Shown here piece by piece: positions 27,159 through 36,666 of a stretch of DNA of 64,000 nucleotides. Below the pieces are notes generated by a model that was not told where the DNA came from, searched no databases, and was given only the letters and a program-made list of their open reading frames with translations. Source of the DNA: a virus (lineage: Duplodnaviria; Caudoviricetes); the IMG/VR virus record IMGVR_UViG_3300032170_000128, positions 3,072 through 67,071 of that record; one strand, 5' to 3'. The translations under genes and the position numbers were made by a program. Within the stretch, counting starts at the first letter, position 1. Every line of letters starts with the position of its first letter.

Positions 27159-28656
27159 CCAGAATCCTCCTCATCTCCATCCGCAACTCTTCGAGTGCGT
27201 CGGCGAACCGCCCTCTCTTCTCCAGCTCCTCCTCTCCTGCGGGTTTGAACTGCGATCCCACAAAGCGCTGGTCGCCCTCCGGGTAAGGCTCGCCCATGTC
27301 GAAATGCTTTATCACCTGGTTGGGGGTGGCCGCCCCCATGGCGAAGAGTTTCTCGAACCGCTTCACCTCGGCATCCAGGTCGCGCGTGTCCGACCCCTTG
27401 AGCTTGAAGTCGAAGAATGCCTTGAACTCCCCTTCCCTGTCCTTCTTGTAGAATGTGGGAAGTATCCGCCCGTTGAATAGGAACTCCAGGTCGTACTGGA
27501 GCGGGTAGACCATGGAGTAGATGTAATTTATGTTGGACTCCTTGGCCGTGCTTCCTCCCAGCGACCCTTCCTCGGCTATCCCTATCTTGTAAGGCGGCAT
27601 CGAGTAGGCCACCAGCACCTCGTCCCGCTGCATCTTCACGTAGACCTTGAAAGACCCCTCGTCGGTCTTCTTCGTCTCCAGCGGAATCCACTCCAGCTTT
27701 CCGCCCTCCTCGGGAAGCTGGATCGCCATGGTCTTGTGCGCGTTCTCCGAGCCTTTTATCTCCGTGTCGATGAACTCCATTATTTTCTTGTCGGAGCCCT
27801 CCTCCCATTCGCCCGTGAGGATGACCAGGGCCGAGGGGACCCCGTAATTCTCGAAGAAAGCTAGGTTGTAGTCACGTATCCCGATGAGGGTGATCACCGC
27901 TCCCACCGAACCCAGGATGTTGGGAGTCCCGTAGTAGTCGGAGCGCGAGTAGAAGTTCCTGTAGAAGATCATCTCGTTCGCCCGGTCATCTTCAGCTATT
28001 CCATTCTTTTCCGCCTCCTCCCCCGTGTCCTTGTGGACATCCATCTCGTACCCGAACCGCTTGAACCAGCGGTACTTCTTCTGGCCCCTGACCCGTCGGA
28101 TCTGGCAGTACTTGTTCCCGGACTCGTGGACGCGGACTGTATGTCCGGGGACATAATACATCTCGGCGACCTGGTCGATGTTGTTCCTCGCCAGCTCGAG
28201 CGACCACCAACCGATAGAACCCCAATCCGTTATGAGGCTCTTGAGGATCTGCACCAGCGAGTCCTCCTCGTTCGGCTTCAGGAGCAGCCTCTCCATCTTG
28301 GCTTTCAGCTCCTGGGCCTCCTTGTCCGTCTTGATGTCCACGCCTTCTTTGGGGACCAGCATATGTCCGAGCCCGCCCGCATCCTGGGCGACCTGATCCA
28401 CGCAACGCATGAAATACCCGTTCGACTCGTACAGGTCCAAGAAAGTGGAAGGATTGAAAGGCGGTGTCATCAGCCCCTTCTCCTTGAAGTACTGCTTCTC
28501 CTCCTTTATGGCTTTAGAGCTCTTCTTTATTTCATGGCGTTCGAGCTTCTTGAAGGGGAGCAGCTCGCCTCTCGTGGTGTAGACGAAAACCTTTCCCTTC
28601 CTCGGAGTTGCGGGAGCTTCCTTTGTCCTTTCTTTCTCCAGCGCTTTCGACGACAT
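27145..28656 (-). CDS. Portal protein (PBSX-like)
   Basis: YYGTPNILGS...YNLAFFENYGVPSALV...RDEVLVAYSMPPYKIGI...MVYPLQ pattern. Confidence 0.9.
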   Translation of the reverse strand: MSSKALEKERTKEAPATPRKGKVFVYTTRGELLPFKKLERHEIKKSSKAIKEEKQYFKEKGLMTPPFNPSTFLDLYESNGYFMRCVDQVAQDAGGLGHMLVPKEGVDIKTDKEAQELKAKMERLLLKPNEEDSLVQILKSLITDWGSIGWWSLELARNNIDQVAEMYYVPGHTVRVHESGNKYCQIRRVRGQKKYRWFKRFGYEMDVHKDTGEEAEKNGIAEDDRANEMIFYRNFYSRSDYYGTPNILGSVGAVITLIGIRDYNLAFFENYGVPSALVILTGEWEEGSDKKIMEFIDTEIKGSENAHKTMAIQLPEEGGKLEWIPLETKKTDEGSFKVYVKMQRDEVLVAYSMPPYKIGIAEEGSLGGSTAKESNINYIYSMVYPLQYDLEFLFNGRILPTFYKKDREGEFKAFFDFKLKGSDTRDLDAEVKRFEKLFAMGAATPNQVIKHFDMGEPYPEGDQRFVGSQFKPAGEEELEKRGRFADALEELRMEMRRILDAEK

Positions 28657-28802
28657 CGCTTATCTCCTTTCTTGGTTATGGCCGATCGTAGTATTTCCTG
28701 TTTTTTATATCCCTTTCCGCCAGCCTCATTATTGCCTTCCTTGGAATGAACAGGCAGAAAACTTTAAAATACAGCGACCTGATTTTCTCGCGGTCGGCCT
28801 TG

Positions 28803-29003
28803 TTAAGTTTTCTGTCCATCCCTCACCAGCCAATAAAATGCGAACAAGAAAATCAGGAACGCCAAGACCGGCTCCCTGATGTTCTGCCATGCGATTTTCA
28901 GAATCACCCTGAACAGGTAAAACCTCGAGGTGCATATCTTGAAATAAACCTGGCCATCCTCCACCTTGTCGAACTCCATCTTCAGCCCTCTCGGCAATTT
29001 CAT
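28803..29003 (-). CDS. Small membrane protein
   Basis: C-terminal hydrophobic helix; in operon. Confidence 0.55.
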   Translation of the reverse strand: MKLPRGLKMEFDKVEDGQVYFKICTSRFYLFRVILKIAWQNIREPVLAFLIFLFAFYWLVRDGQKT

Positions 29004-29004
29004 C

Positions 29005-29223
29005 TCAAGCCTCCCTCATAAATTCCCTGTCTATTCTCTCCGCCTCGCCTTTCAATGCTGCCTTTATGAATTCCCGTCCGACACGCTCCGCCGGGGTCTC
29101 CACCCCATTTATAAAAACTCTTGGTAGCCCCGCGATTCCCTTTTTGGAAGAATAAACTGCCTTTATGGAGTTATCCTTTTTGAGTTTTTGCCTGATAGCC
29201 TTCATGATTAAACGCCAATCCAT
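29005..29223 (-). CDS. Hypothetical protein (72 aa)
   Basis: Tight spacing in - strand operon. Confidence 0.55.
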   Translation of the reverse strand: MDWRLIMKAIRQKLKKDNSIKAVYSSKKGIAGLPRVFINGVETPAERVGREFIKAALKGEAERIDREFMREA

Positions 29224-29308
29224 TTCAAACCCCTTTTTTGTATATTACCCGTAAATCCCTCAATAAAAGGTGTTTTCCAAAAAGCGATTTCCCTGAAACA
29301 TAGCCCCC

Positions 29309-29521
29309 TCAATTTGAACTCTCCCCCTTCAGTTTCTCCATCTGCCTTGCGAGCAGCAGGTTGTCTAAGGCACCGACTATCTTCTCTCTCTCCTCCCTCG
29401 GCACCTTGTCCTCGAACCCGTCCTCCAGCAACCATAGGCAGGCGATCTCCACCTCGGCTATCCTGGAAAGCTGGGCGCGGGTGAGTCCCAGGCGCTCCCT
29501 GTACCCCTTAAAACCGTTCAT
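29309..29521 (-). CDS. XRE-family HTH protein
   Basis: YRERLGLTRAQLSRIAEV...WLLEDG; AAGGAGG RBS. Confidence 0.75.
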   Translation of the reverse strand: MNGFKGYRERLGLTRAQLSRIAEVEIACLWLLEDGFEDKVPREEREKIVGALDNLLLARQMEKLKGESSN

Positions 29522-29729
29522 TTAAGCCTCCTTTTATGGGTCAGCGAGTGTCAAATACATGCGAAAAACAAGGCGAAATGGGAAAATCACCCCATATACG
29601 GCGCAAAATGGGATGAATATGCGCATAATAAAAAATAATATCCCATTTTATCGCCATTTTTATAAGTCCTTAATATATAATGACTTAGCAAAATAATTAG
29701 TTTACATAATATCGGTTGTGCGACACAGC

Positions 29730-29885
29730 TCATTTCTCCTTCGAATAATATTCCCTGAGGACCTTCACATAATTCAGGCCCATTCTCTCCGCTATGACCG
29801 AAAACTTGAGCTTATCCTCGTCTCTCAACTGCCTGATCCTCTTCTTCATCGCCCTGCGCTCCTCCTTGGTCGGCCATCTCCCCAT
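29730..29885 (-). CDS. Small HTH-like protein, 51 aa (not in ORF track)
   Basis: MGRWPTKEERRAMKKRIRQLRDEDKLKFSVIAERMGLNYVKVLREYYSKEK; starts 3 nt after upstream stop. Confidence 0.55.
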   Translation of the reverse strand: MGRWPTKEERRAMKKRIRQLRDEDKLKFSVIAERMGLNYVKVLREYYSKEK

Positions 29886-29888
29886 CGG

Positions 29889-30368
29889 TCAGCCTGCCCT
29901 CGCAACCTTTGAATTCTGGCATCTCTTTTTTTTAATGGTGGTCGGAAGTCGCTTGGCATGGTTTATCCTGTCTCTCTTAGGCAAACATACCAGCCTTCCA
30001 TTCGCACAGGCGACCACAACCTCCTTCTCCTGGTCAACGAGCAGGGCGAAGTTGGGGGGCAGGGCCTTCTTGGCGGCCATGCACAGTCCGAAGGCCAGGG
30101 TCACTTCTTCTCTTTGTTCTTGTTTAAGGTCAAGGTGCTTCTTCAGTTCTTCCGGGGATAGAGGGATTTCATTGGCATTTACGGGTGAAAGTGTTGTATT
30201 AAATACAGGAAAACCTTTCATTCTCAGGGTATTCTTCTTGTTATTGGGGGAATGCACTTTATGCCTATGTATTACCGTATGTATTCTTCTTATTTCTCTA
30301 TGGGGGTGTAAGAGGAGTAGGAGAGTGGCGGCGGTTCTTTTCTGCGTGTCCCCGGTGCTTGTTCTCAT
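29889..30368 (-). CDS. Hypothetical protein (about 159 aa; start revised)
   Basis: ATGA overlap with MTase stop at 30365-30368; 5' part low-complexity so start uncertain. Confidence 0.45.
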   Translation of the reverse strand: MRTSTGDTQKRTAATLLLLLHPHREIRRIHTVIHRHKVHSPNNKKNTLRMKGFPVFNTTLSPVNANEIPLSPEELKKHLDLKQEQREEVTLAFGLCMAAKKALPPNFALLVDQEKEVVVACANGRLVCLPKRDRINHAKRLPTTIKKKRCQNSKVARAG

Positions 30369-32227
30369 TGTAGCTCCAGTTGCTCGGGTTGTCCGGGCTG
30401 TCCACGCCAGTGGGCTATGCGTCCTCTGGCTATCCCCAGGTATTCTTCTTCCCTCTCTATACCTATGCACTTCCGCCCTGTGTTGTGTGCGGCGATGGCT
30501 GTCGTGCCGGAGCCGAGGAAGGGATCGAGGACTGTCTGCCCCTCACGGGTTACGAGCTTGATCAGCCACTCAAAGAGCTTAATGGGCTTTACGGTGGGGT
30601 GGTTGTTCTTATAGCTTGTTTCATGCTTAACTGTTTCATATCGATAATCATTGTGTTCACATCTTAACTGTTTGCCCGGAGCTTCTTTCATTGCTTTGCA
30701 TCCACAGATATTACAAACAATCAATTTCCTGTCTTTAAAAAGCCTGTCCTTGTTCTCCTCCATCCCCTCCAGCCCCGCATTCCTCTCCGACCTTGACGCT
30801 TTAGCACAATAATAAAAGCGGGAGGCACCTCCTGAGTCGCCGAATCTTATTCCATTATTTGGGCTTCCTTTATTGTCGTAAAATATACTTTGAGGATTTT
30901 CTTGTACGGCAGTCCCGACAGCCCTTTTACTGCCAGCAGAATGAACGCCCCTTTGCACGCTCTGCTCGTCCAATAGTCTCAATGCACATTCTTTGTGACA
31001 CAGCCATTCCTCTTGTCCGTAGTTGCATTGCTTGAAGAAGCGGGAGGCCCCACCTGAGTCGCCATAGCTTACCTGAACATCTCCAGCCTTGCCCAATCCT
31101 CCGTGTTCGACAAAAAATCCTTCTTTCCTTCGCACATTGCCTTTTCCGCTCTGCAGGTTTCCGCTCTGTTCATCCAGCATCCTCACCGCACAGTCGGGAT
31201 GGCATCGCCAGGATTCGACTATCTCGTAGCCATCGGAATCTCCTAATTTGCATGGAATCCTTTTATCGAATGGAGGATATGTAACCCCGTTTTTAATCTT
31301 CCTTATGGATTCTGATTGATTTGGGCGGGCATTTCCTTTCACCCTCTTCATCCCCACCTGCACACACTCAGGATGGTGTCCCAGGATTATGTTCGCAGGG
31401 AAGCGACCTGAAGCTGGAGTATGGGTTGACCCTCCTTTTCCTGTAAATGATTTTTCCCCACTTGGTCTGCCTGCTTCGTTATGATGGGGTTGACCATTGA
31501 TTCTTGTCTCCTCCACATTCACCGCCCCGACATTCCACTTCAGCACATTGTCCACATACGACCCCTCGGGAGGCTTGACCGCCCAGACTATCGGCTCGTA
31601 GGCAGGCTTGATTCCGCCGACCTTGAAGCCGTCCCAGTACTCGCCTTCGGGAGTGAGGGGTTGAGTGATAAATCCGTCTCCCACGCCTCCTTGCAATCCG
31701 TAATCTGCTAAGTTATTTTCTCGTTTCTTCCTGTCATTCGGATTCTTGGCAATCTTTTTCCTTCTTCTATTCACCTCTTTAGTGCTTATCCCCAAAATCT
31801 TTGCATCTACCAAAACAGAGACTTCCTGTGCCTTCGGGAATCCCGAACCATAAACCCACATCAGCGTATCCTTGATAATGAACCCCGTATCCTCAACAGC
31901 ACACATCAGCCTATGGAATGTTCTTGTTCCGCCCATCACCAGCATTGACCCGCCAGGCTTCAGCACTCGGTAGGCTTCGGCGAGCCATTGGGCGTGCCAG
32001 AGTTGGGCTTCGAGTCCAGCCCTGTATTGAGATAAATTCTTGCCAATAAATGGGTCTCCTTGTTTTTGAATGCCCAAATCAGTCAACTTGCCATTTCTCT
32101 TGTCCCATAACCGATCCCACTTCTTCCCCATGAACTCGAGTCCATACGGAGGATCCGTCACGATTGCGTCCACAGAGCAGTCCTTCAGGGGGAGCGTCTT
32201 TGTGCTGTCCGCCCTGATCATCACCAT
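30365..32227 (-). CDS. N6-adenine/N4-cytosine DNA methyltransferase, beta class (620 aa)
   Basis: TDPPYGL (motif IV) near N terminus, HPTVKP and DPFLGSGTT (motif I) near C terminus. Confidence 0.92.
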   Translation of the reverse strand: MVMIRADSTKTLPLKDCSVDAIVTDPPYGLEFMGKKWDRLWDKRNGKLTDLGIQKQGDPFIGKNLSQYRAGLEAQLWHAQWLAEAYRVLKPGGSMLVMGGTRTFHRLMCAVEDTGFIIKDTLMWVYGSGFPKAQEVSVLVDAKILGISTKEVNRRRKKIAKNPNDRKKRENNLADYGLQGGVGDGFITQPLTPEGEYWDGFKVGGIKPAYEPIVWAVKPPEGSYVDNVLKWNVGAVNVEETRINGQPHHNEAGRPSGEKSFTGKGGSTHTPASGRFPANIILGHHPECVQVGMKRVKGNARPNQSESIRKIKNGVTYPPFDKRIPCKLGDSDGYEIVESWRCHPDCAVRMLDEQSGNLQSGKGNVRRKEGFFVEHGGLGKAGDVQVSYGDSGGASRFFKQCNYGQEEWLCHKECALRLLDEQSVQRGVHSAGSKRAVGTAVQENPQSIFYDNKGSPNNGIRFGDSGGASRFYYCAKASRSERNAGLEGMEENKDRLFKDRKLIVCNICGCKAMKEAPGKQLRCEHNDYRYETVKHETSYKNNHPTVKPIKLFEWLIKLVTREGQTVLDPFLGSGTTAIAAHNTGRKCIGIEREEEYLGIARGRIAHWRGQPGQPEQLELQ

Positions 32228-33576
32228 CCGAATACCCGTCCTTTCCTTCTCTCCTTGACTTTAACATCGGCCATGACGATGGCATCGAGCCTGTCGGTCG
32301 ACATCTTCATCCTCTTCTTGAACTCCTCTTTGGACTCCACTTTCTGCAGCCCGTCGGCGCTGAGGGTGCGGTAGCGGATTGTCATCTCTTTCCCGAGCTT
32401 CGTGTCCTGCGGTATGTCATAATTGCCCAGGTTCTTTGCGAATGCGAACATGTCCTCCGCACGCCTGTTCTTGTAGCGCTCCGGACTCTTCGCCTTCTCG
32501 GATGCCTTGTATTTCATGAGCCTTCCCGTGTAGTTCCACTTCGACCGGAGGTCTTTGAGCTCCCTTTTCACCCTGTCGTAGACTCCCGCTCCGTATCCTA
32601 TGACATCGATCTTGACATCGGCTTTCTTGTGTATCCTCATAAGTTCTATCGAGTCGTCGGCGGTCTGCATCGTGTCCTGTCCCTTTATCACCTTCACGAT
32701 TCGGAACTTCATGCCCTGGACTGCTGGTTTCCCTTTCCCGTCCATGCCTGTAGCCTTCTGCTTCAGGGCGATGACCGTCTCGTCGTCCCCGTCCCAGGCC
32801 ACATCCACTCCTATGTCCGTCACTTCCTTTGATGCTTCCATCTCCCGCTCCATCGCAAGCTGGACTCCGGCGAAGGGGAAAAGCGCATTGCAGGCTGAGA
32901 TTATGTTCCAGTCCCCGTCTATCCACGCCTGGAAGAGGTCCGGGGGAAGCAGATTTCTCTGCTCATCCTCGTAGTCCTCGGGGTTATAGGGGTTGTCCTT
33001 TATGAAGGCGGGGACGAATTCGTGTTCGGGCAGGGGAGGGGAGGGATCAATCCACCGGTGTTTCACCCAGTTGTCGGTGGGGTTGGCCGTGCAGAGTCCT
33101 TTGAACACCACTCCTGGAATATTCAGGCTCAGACGCGTGCAGAGGAGGAGGAAGTGGCGCTCGGTCGTCTCTTCGCACTGGTCGATGGCGAACCAGCCCA
33201 GCTCCATCGACTTGATTCGCTCAATGGCTTTCTGCTCGTCACCCAGTCCGCCGTAAAAAATCATGCTGCCGTTCTTGAACCTCATCAGCCCCTCGGACTT
33301 GTTGTGGTATTCGAGGAGGCGGGGGTCGAGCCATTTCTCGAGCTCGATGAATGTGGAGCGTTTGAAGGAGTGGAGCTCGTGCCGGCACATGTACCCCCTG
33401 TTCCCGGGGATTCCACACGACAGGGCCACCGCGCAGTTGCAGAGCCAAGCGGTCTTTCCTCCCCGCATCGCTCCTCCGAAGAGTATATAGCGGGCGGGGG
33501 AGAGGGATGCCTTGAGCTGTCGCGGCGTCGGGTCCGCACTCTCCACCACATACTGCCTAGCGCTTGCCGTCCTCAT
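32221..33576 (-). CDS. terL: Terminase large subunit
   Basis: Walker A GGAMRGGKT, Walker B WFAIDQCEE, TANP coupling motif, RNase H-like DIGVDVAWDGDDETV...DRLDA. Confidence 0.93.
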   Translation of the reverse strand: MRTASARQYVVESADPTPRQLKASLSPARYILFGGAMRGGKTAWLCNCAVALSCGIPGNRGYMCRHELHSFKRSTFIELEKWLDPRLLEYHNKSEGLMRFKNGSMIFYGGLGDEQKAIERIKSMELGWFAIDQCEETTERHFLLLCTRLSLNIPGVVFKGLCTANPTDNWVKHRWIDPSPPLPEHEFVPAFIKDNPYNPEDYEDEQRNLLPPDLFQAWIDGDWNIISACNALFPFAGVQLAMEREMEASKEVTDIGVDVAWDGDDETVIALKQKATGMDGKGKPAVQGMKFRIVKVIKGQDTMQTADDSIELMRIHKKADVKIDVIGYGAGVYDRVKRELKDLRSKWNYTGRLMKYKASEKAKSPERYKNRRAEDMFAFAKNLGNYDIPQDTKLGKEMTIRYRTLSADGLQKVESKEEFKKRMKMSTDRLDAIVMADVKVKERRKGRVFGW

Positions 33577-34004
33577 TTTTGTTTTCCTTTTCCCTTTCCT
33601 TTTTTCTTATCGCCTTTCCCGCTGTGGAGGATCGGGAACCTTGAGACGAACTTGATATCTTCGGTAACCTTCGATTCTATGTACTGTTGGTCTTTGAGTC
33701 CGAGCCAGTTCTTGGCCGCAAATATCCACACCCCGGGATGCACATCCTTGAAGAACTCGTACCACAGCCCGTTGCGCCTCTGCTCCCAGCGTTCCATCGC
33801 ATCGTCGAACTCCGGATGCGTCTTCCTCCACTCGAACAATGTGTCCCTGTGGAGTTTCAGGGCCCGGGCCAAGTGGTCGATCGCACAGAACTGGGGGAAG
33901 TTCTCTTTGGTCATCGCCTCTGTTATCCCGTCAAGGGTTTTCGGATAGTCCTTCTTGCCCCATTTGGAGCCGACGCCTTTTCTTGATTTCCGCGGCTTGA
34001 CCAT
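33573..34004 (-). CDS. Terminase small subunit (probable)
   Basis: HTH-like LARALKLHRDTLFEWRKTHPEF, WIFAAKNWLG; overlaps terL start. Confidence 0.75.
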   Translation of the reverse strand: MVKPRKSRKGVGSKWGKKDYPKTLDGITEAMTKENFPQFCAIDHLARALKLHRDTLFEWRKTHPEFDDAMERWEQRRNGLWYEFFKDVHPGVWIFAAKNWLGLKDQQYIESKVTEDIKFVSRFPILHSGKGDKKKGKGKGKQK

Positions 34005-34327
34005 CAGCGCTTCCTTCCGGCAAGCCGTATTATCTCCTTGCCCTGGTCGCCTATCGCTTTGTCGAATCGGGCGACGGTCTTTGTGCATTGATCTTTCTGA
34101 TCGTTTACGGCTACCTTGACTTCGGCCATGCTAACCTTTGTTTCTCCCACCTTTTTGTCAATGCAGTCGACTTTCTCATCGACGGTTTTGATCTGGTCTT
34201 TTATCTCTTTCAGGTCATGGCCGTTCTTCGTCCAGGTGCGATGCTTCCGCCACTCCCGGATCCACAGCGCACCTCCGTTGACGATCAGCAGTATCAGGGC
34301 GTAAAGCGTGGGATTGCCTATTTCCAT
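34004..34327 (-). CDS. Holin-like protein (N-terminal TM + coiled coil)
   Basis: TLYALILLIVNGGALWI helix then heptads; in lysis block. Confidence 0.55.
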   Translation of the reverse strand: MEIGNPTLYALILLIVNGGALWIREWRKHRTWTKNGHDLKEIKDQIKTVDEKVDCIDKKVGETKVSMAEVKVAVNDQKDQCTKTVARFDKAIGDQGKEIIRLAGRKR

Positions 34328-34386
34328 CAAACCCTCTTCCCGAAGATGTTAGAAATATGTAGCAAATAGGGCAGTTTTTCTTGCAT

Positions 34387-34590
34387 TCACGCCTTCCTCC
34401 CGAAGATATCGGTCAAAGTAATATAGCCAGCTATGAAGCCGAACACGCCGCCCACGATGTATGCGTAAACCTTCCAGTCTCCTGTATAGATACCTATGAA
34501 GCGGTCCGTGTAATAAGCGATCGTCACCAATGCGATAACGACGATCCCCAGCTTCAATCTGCGGTTTTTCTCTTCATTATTTTTAACCAT
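34387..34590 (-). CDS. Small two-TM membrane protein (holin candidate)
   Basis: Two hydrophobic helices with charged ends. Confidence 0.55.
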   Translation of the reverse strand: MVKNNEEKNRRLKLGIVVIALVTIAYYTDRFIGIYTGDWKVYAYIVGGVFGFIAGYITLTDIFGRKA

Positions 34591-34596
34591 GTTCTC

Positions 34597-35319
34597 CTAT
34601 TTCCCCAAAAAGAACCCGATGATGCCGCCTATGATTGCACCCACAATCCCCCCTTCTTTTCTTCCTTTTGCCCGCGCTCGCTTATTGTGCTTCTCGCTGA
34701 GGTTGAACTTATTGTTCCATTCTCTTTCTACACTTACCCACTTTGCGAGTTGGCCGTCTTTTTCAATAATCGCTATATCCTTCTCGGCATTCGCCTTCAT
34801 GAGCTTCGCTTCGCTCGCCTCGGATTTAGCAAGGCTTATCTGAAGCTCGCCGTATTGTTTTTTTACGAGCGTGAATTCTTCCAGATATTCAAGATTTCTC
34901 CGTGCTGCAATCAAAGTGAAAAGAACTCCCTGCGACTGGAGCGTGATCTCCTGAGGCTCGACTCTTAGAATCTGTATTGTTTGGATTATGACTTGTGTCG
35001 GTGGGAGTGCTGCGATCCTATCTCTCAGCTCTCTTTTCTCTTCCTCTATCCTCGCAGATCTAGCTTTGTGTTTCTCCTTCTCAGCCCTCTCTATCCTGGC
35101 CTCCTCCTCCGCCGTTTGTGCGCGTGCAACTGCTGCATCGGCTCGGATGTCCGACTCTTTTATATCTCGCTTGAGTGATGCGATCTCTTTGTCGCTCGCT
35201 TTTATCTGCTTCTTGTATCCGAGTCGTGCGACAACAGAGTCCACTGCCGAGTAGACGAGAATGAAGGCGATGATGCCGATAAGGATTTTCAGCCCGTTCT
35301 TTTTAAGCCAGCCGGTCAT
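34597..35319 (-). CDS. Membrane-anchored coiled-coil protein (spanin-like)
   Basis: TM helix at both ends, long coiled coil between; follows endolysin. Confidence 0.6.
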   Translation of the reverse strand: MTGWLKKNGLKILIGIIAFILVYSAVDSVVARLGYKKQIKASDKEIASLKRDIKESDIRADAAVARAQTAEEEARIERAEKEKHKARSARIEEEKRELRDRIAALPPTQVIIQTIQILRVEPQEITLQSQGVLFTLIAARRNLEYLEEFTLVKKQYGELQISLAKSEASEAKLMKANAEKDIAIIEKDGQLAKWVSVEREWNNKFNLSEKHNKRARAKGRKEGGIVGAIIGGIIGFFLGK

Positions 35320-35765
35320 AGCAATTTCCTCACAAACATTTTCAGTTGCTCCATATCGAAAAGTTTGCCCGGACAGCTTTTATTGATATTGAAATTGTGG
35401 TGGGAGTAGATGTCGTCGACCGTGAGTCCGTAAAGCTTCAGCCATAGGGCAATGACTCTAGCACCCGCCTCAAGCATCTCCTTCTTCGGAGCGATCTTAT
35501 CGTAGTTGCCGACGAAGCAGATGCCGAGAGAGTTGTGATTGTGCCCCCGTGCATGAGCACCACTTCTGTCCCACATCCTGCCGAGCAATGCCTCGTAGCA
35601 CGGCTCATCGCCACTAATGATGAGTTCGACACCACAGTGATATCCGATCCCGGCCCACTTCAGCGTCTGTGTGTGGTAGCGACGGATTGCACCCCAGCTC
35701 ACCGTGGCTGAGTCTTTCGTCAGACTATGATGCACAATCACTCTCTTAGGAATGAACTGGCTCAT
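35316..35765 (-). CDS. Endolysin, N-acetylmuramoyl-L-alanine amidase (Amidase_2)
   Basis: VIVHHS, IGYH, GAHARGHNHNSLGICFVGNY, HHNF, KSCPG zinc-amidase motifs. Confidence 0.92.
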   Translation of the reverse strand: MSQFIPKRVIVHHSLTKDSATVSWGAIRRYHTQTLKWAGIGYHCGVELIISGDEPCYEALLGRMWDRSGAHARGHNHNSLGICFVGNYDKIAPKKEMLEAGARVIALWLKLYGLTVDDIYSHHNFNINKSCPGKLFDMEQLKMFVRKLL

Positions 35766-35919
35766 TTACTGTTTCCCCATAGAGATAGACATACCGCGAA
35801 TACTATAAGCCTTGGATTTTGGGTGTTTACGGAAAGCTGGCCGATTCGGCCAAGAAAGGCGGTTTAAATGTCAGGAAAAGCTGGACAAATTAACCTATTG
35901 ACAAAGCTTTCAGGTTTTT

Positions 35920-36306
35920 TTACCTGACTGTCATCTCTTCCAGCTCTTTACTATTGTATTTCTTCCATATTATCTTTTTTTTGATACCGTCCGGCAGATC
36001 GGAACTCCTGACCTTCCTCTCATCTTCTGCCGAGACTTCATCCACCACGACCCTCATGATCATTGTCTCCCCCTCTTTTACGGCTATCACATCGAAGACA
36101 TCGTCTTTGATCTCATAGGCATTGTAGCTGGCGGGCGGTCTTTTCAAGAGGCTTATCACCCTGTTCACTGTCCTTTTGCGTCTTATTTTCGTCGTTTGTA
36201 TTGTCTTATCCATAGCCTGCCATCCGTTCTTCTTCCCGGGTTCAGAAGGCATCCGGTCATGCAGGTGCTGGTGCATGTTTTCCATTATACCAGAAATTCC
36301 CTCCAC
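35920..36306 (-). CDS. Hypothetical protein, possibly PD-(D/E)xK-like (start uncertain)
   Basis: FDVIAVKEGETMIMRV resembles degenerate resolvase core. Confidence 0.45.
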   Translation of the reverse strand: MEGISGIMENMHQHLHDRMPSEPGKKNGWQAMDKTIQTTKIRRKRTVNRVISLLKRPPASYNAYEIKDDVFDVIAVKEGETMIMRVVVDEVSAEDERKVRSSDLPDGIKKKIIWKKYNSKELEEMTVR

Positions 36307-36326
36307 CCTCCCTATAATTTTGAAAG

Positions 36327-36596
36327 CTATGCGGTTTTCTTCGCGAAGACGTGATAGAGTCCCGAAGCCTCACCGAAGACCAGGATACCGTAGATGATGA
36401 AGAGCGGCCAGGTAAAGATGTCCGAATATGCGAGATAGGCCGCCGTCGTCGCCAGCGACGCGACTGCGGTGATGATGAGGTTCACGACCTTCTTTCCCTG
36501 AGTGCCGAGGACACGCTTGATTGTCTCAATGATGCCTATCACGCCGATTCCGAAGAGTGCCATTATGGCTGTGACTACAGCGGGATCAATCTGCAT
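36327..36596 (-). CDS. Holin-like membrane protein (3 TM)
   Basis: AGGAGG RBS; three hydrophobic helices; heads lysis block. Confidence 0.65.
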   Translation of the reverse strand: MQIDPAVVTAIMALFGIGVIGIIETIKRVLGTQGKKVVNLIITAVASLATTAAYLAYSDIFTWPLFIIYGILVFGEASGLYHVFAKKTA

Positions 36597-36666
36597 GGTT
36601 CACCTCCTTTCTTTTTTAATCTAAAACTTTTCACTACTGAAACGCCAAAGGATGGCAGAAGCTTGT

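Noticed and set aside
29573-29690. AT-rich non-coding region with AAAATGGGAT/ATCCCATTTT and TAAGTC/GACTTA inverted repeats as a cos/pac site
   Set aside because: Could be operators or a packaging signal, but nothing in the sequence discriminates; needs read-end data.
18948-33576. Inteins or introns explaining the large polyprotein, MTase or terminase
   Set aside because: No C/S...HN splice junctions or LAGLIDADG/HNH motifs recognised.
3900-35300. Many long + strand ORFs (e.g. 10231-11574, 14274-15149, 17668-18261, 21289-22197, 26352-27248, 28033-28749, 33022-33948)
   Set aside because: Antisense shadows of GC3-rich - strand genes; Ser/Phe/Leu-rich low-complexity translations, no RBS, no motifs.
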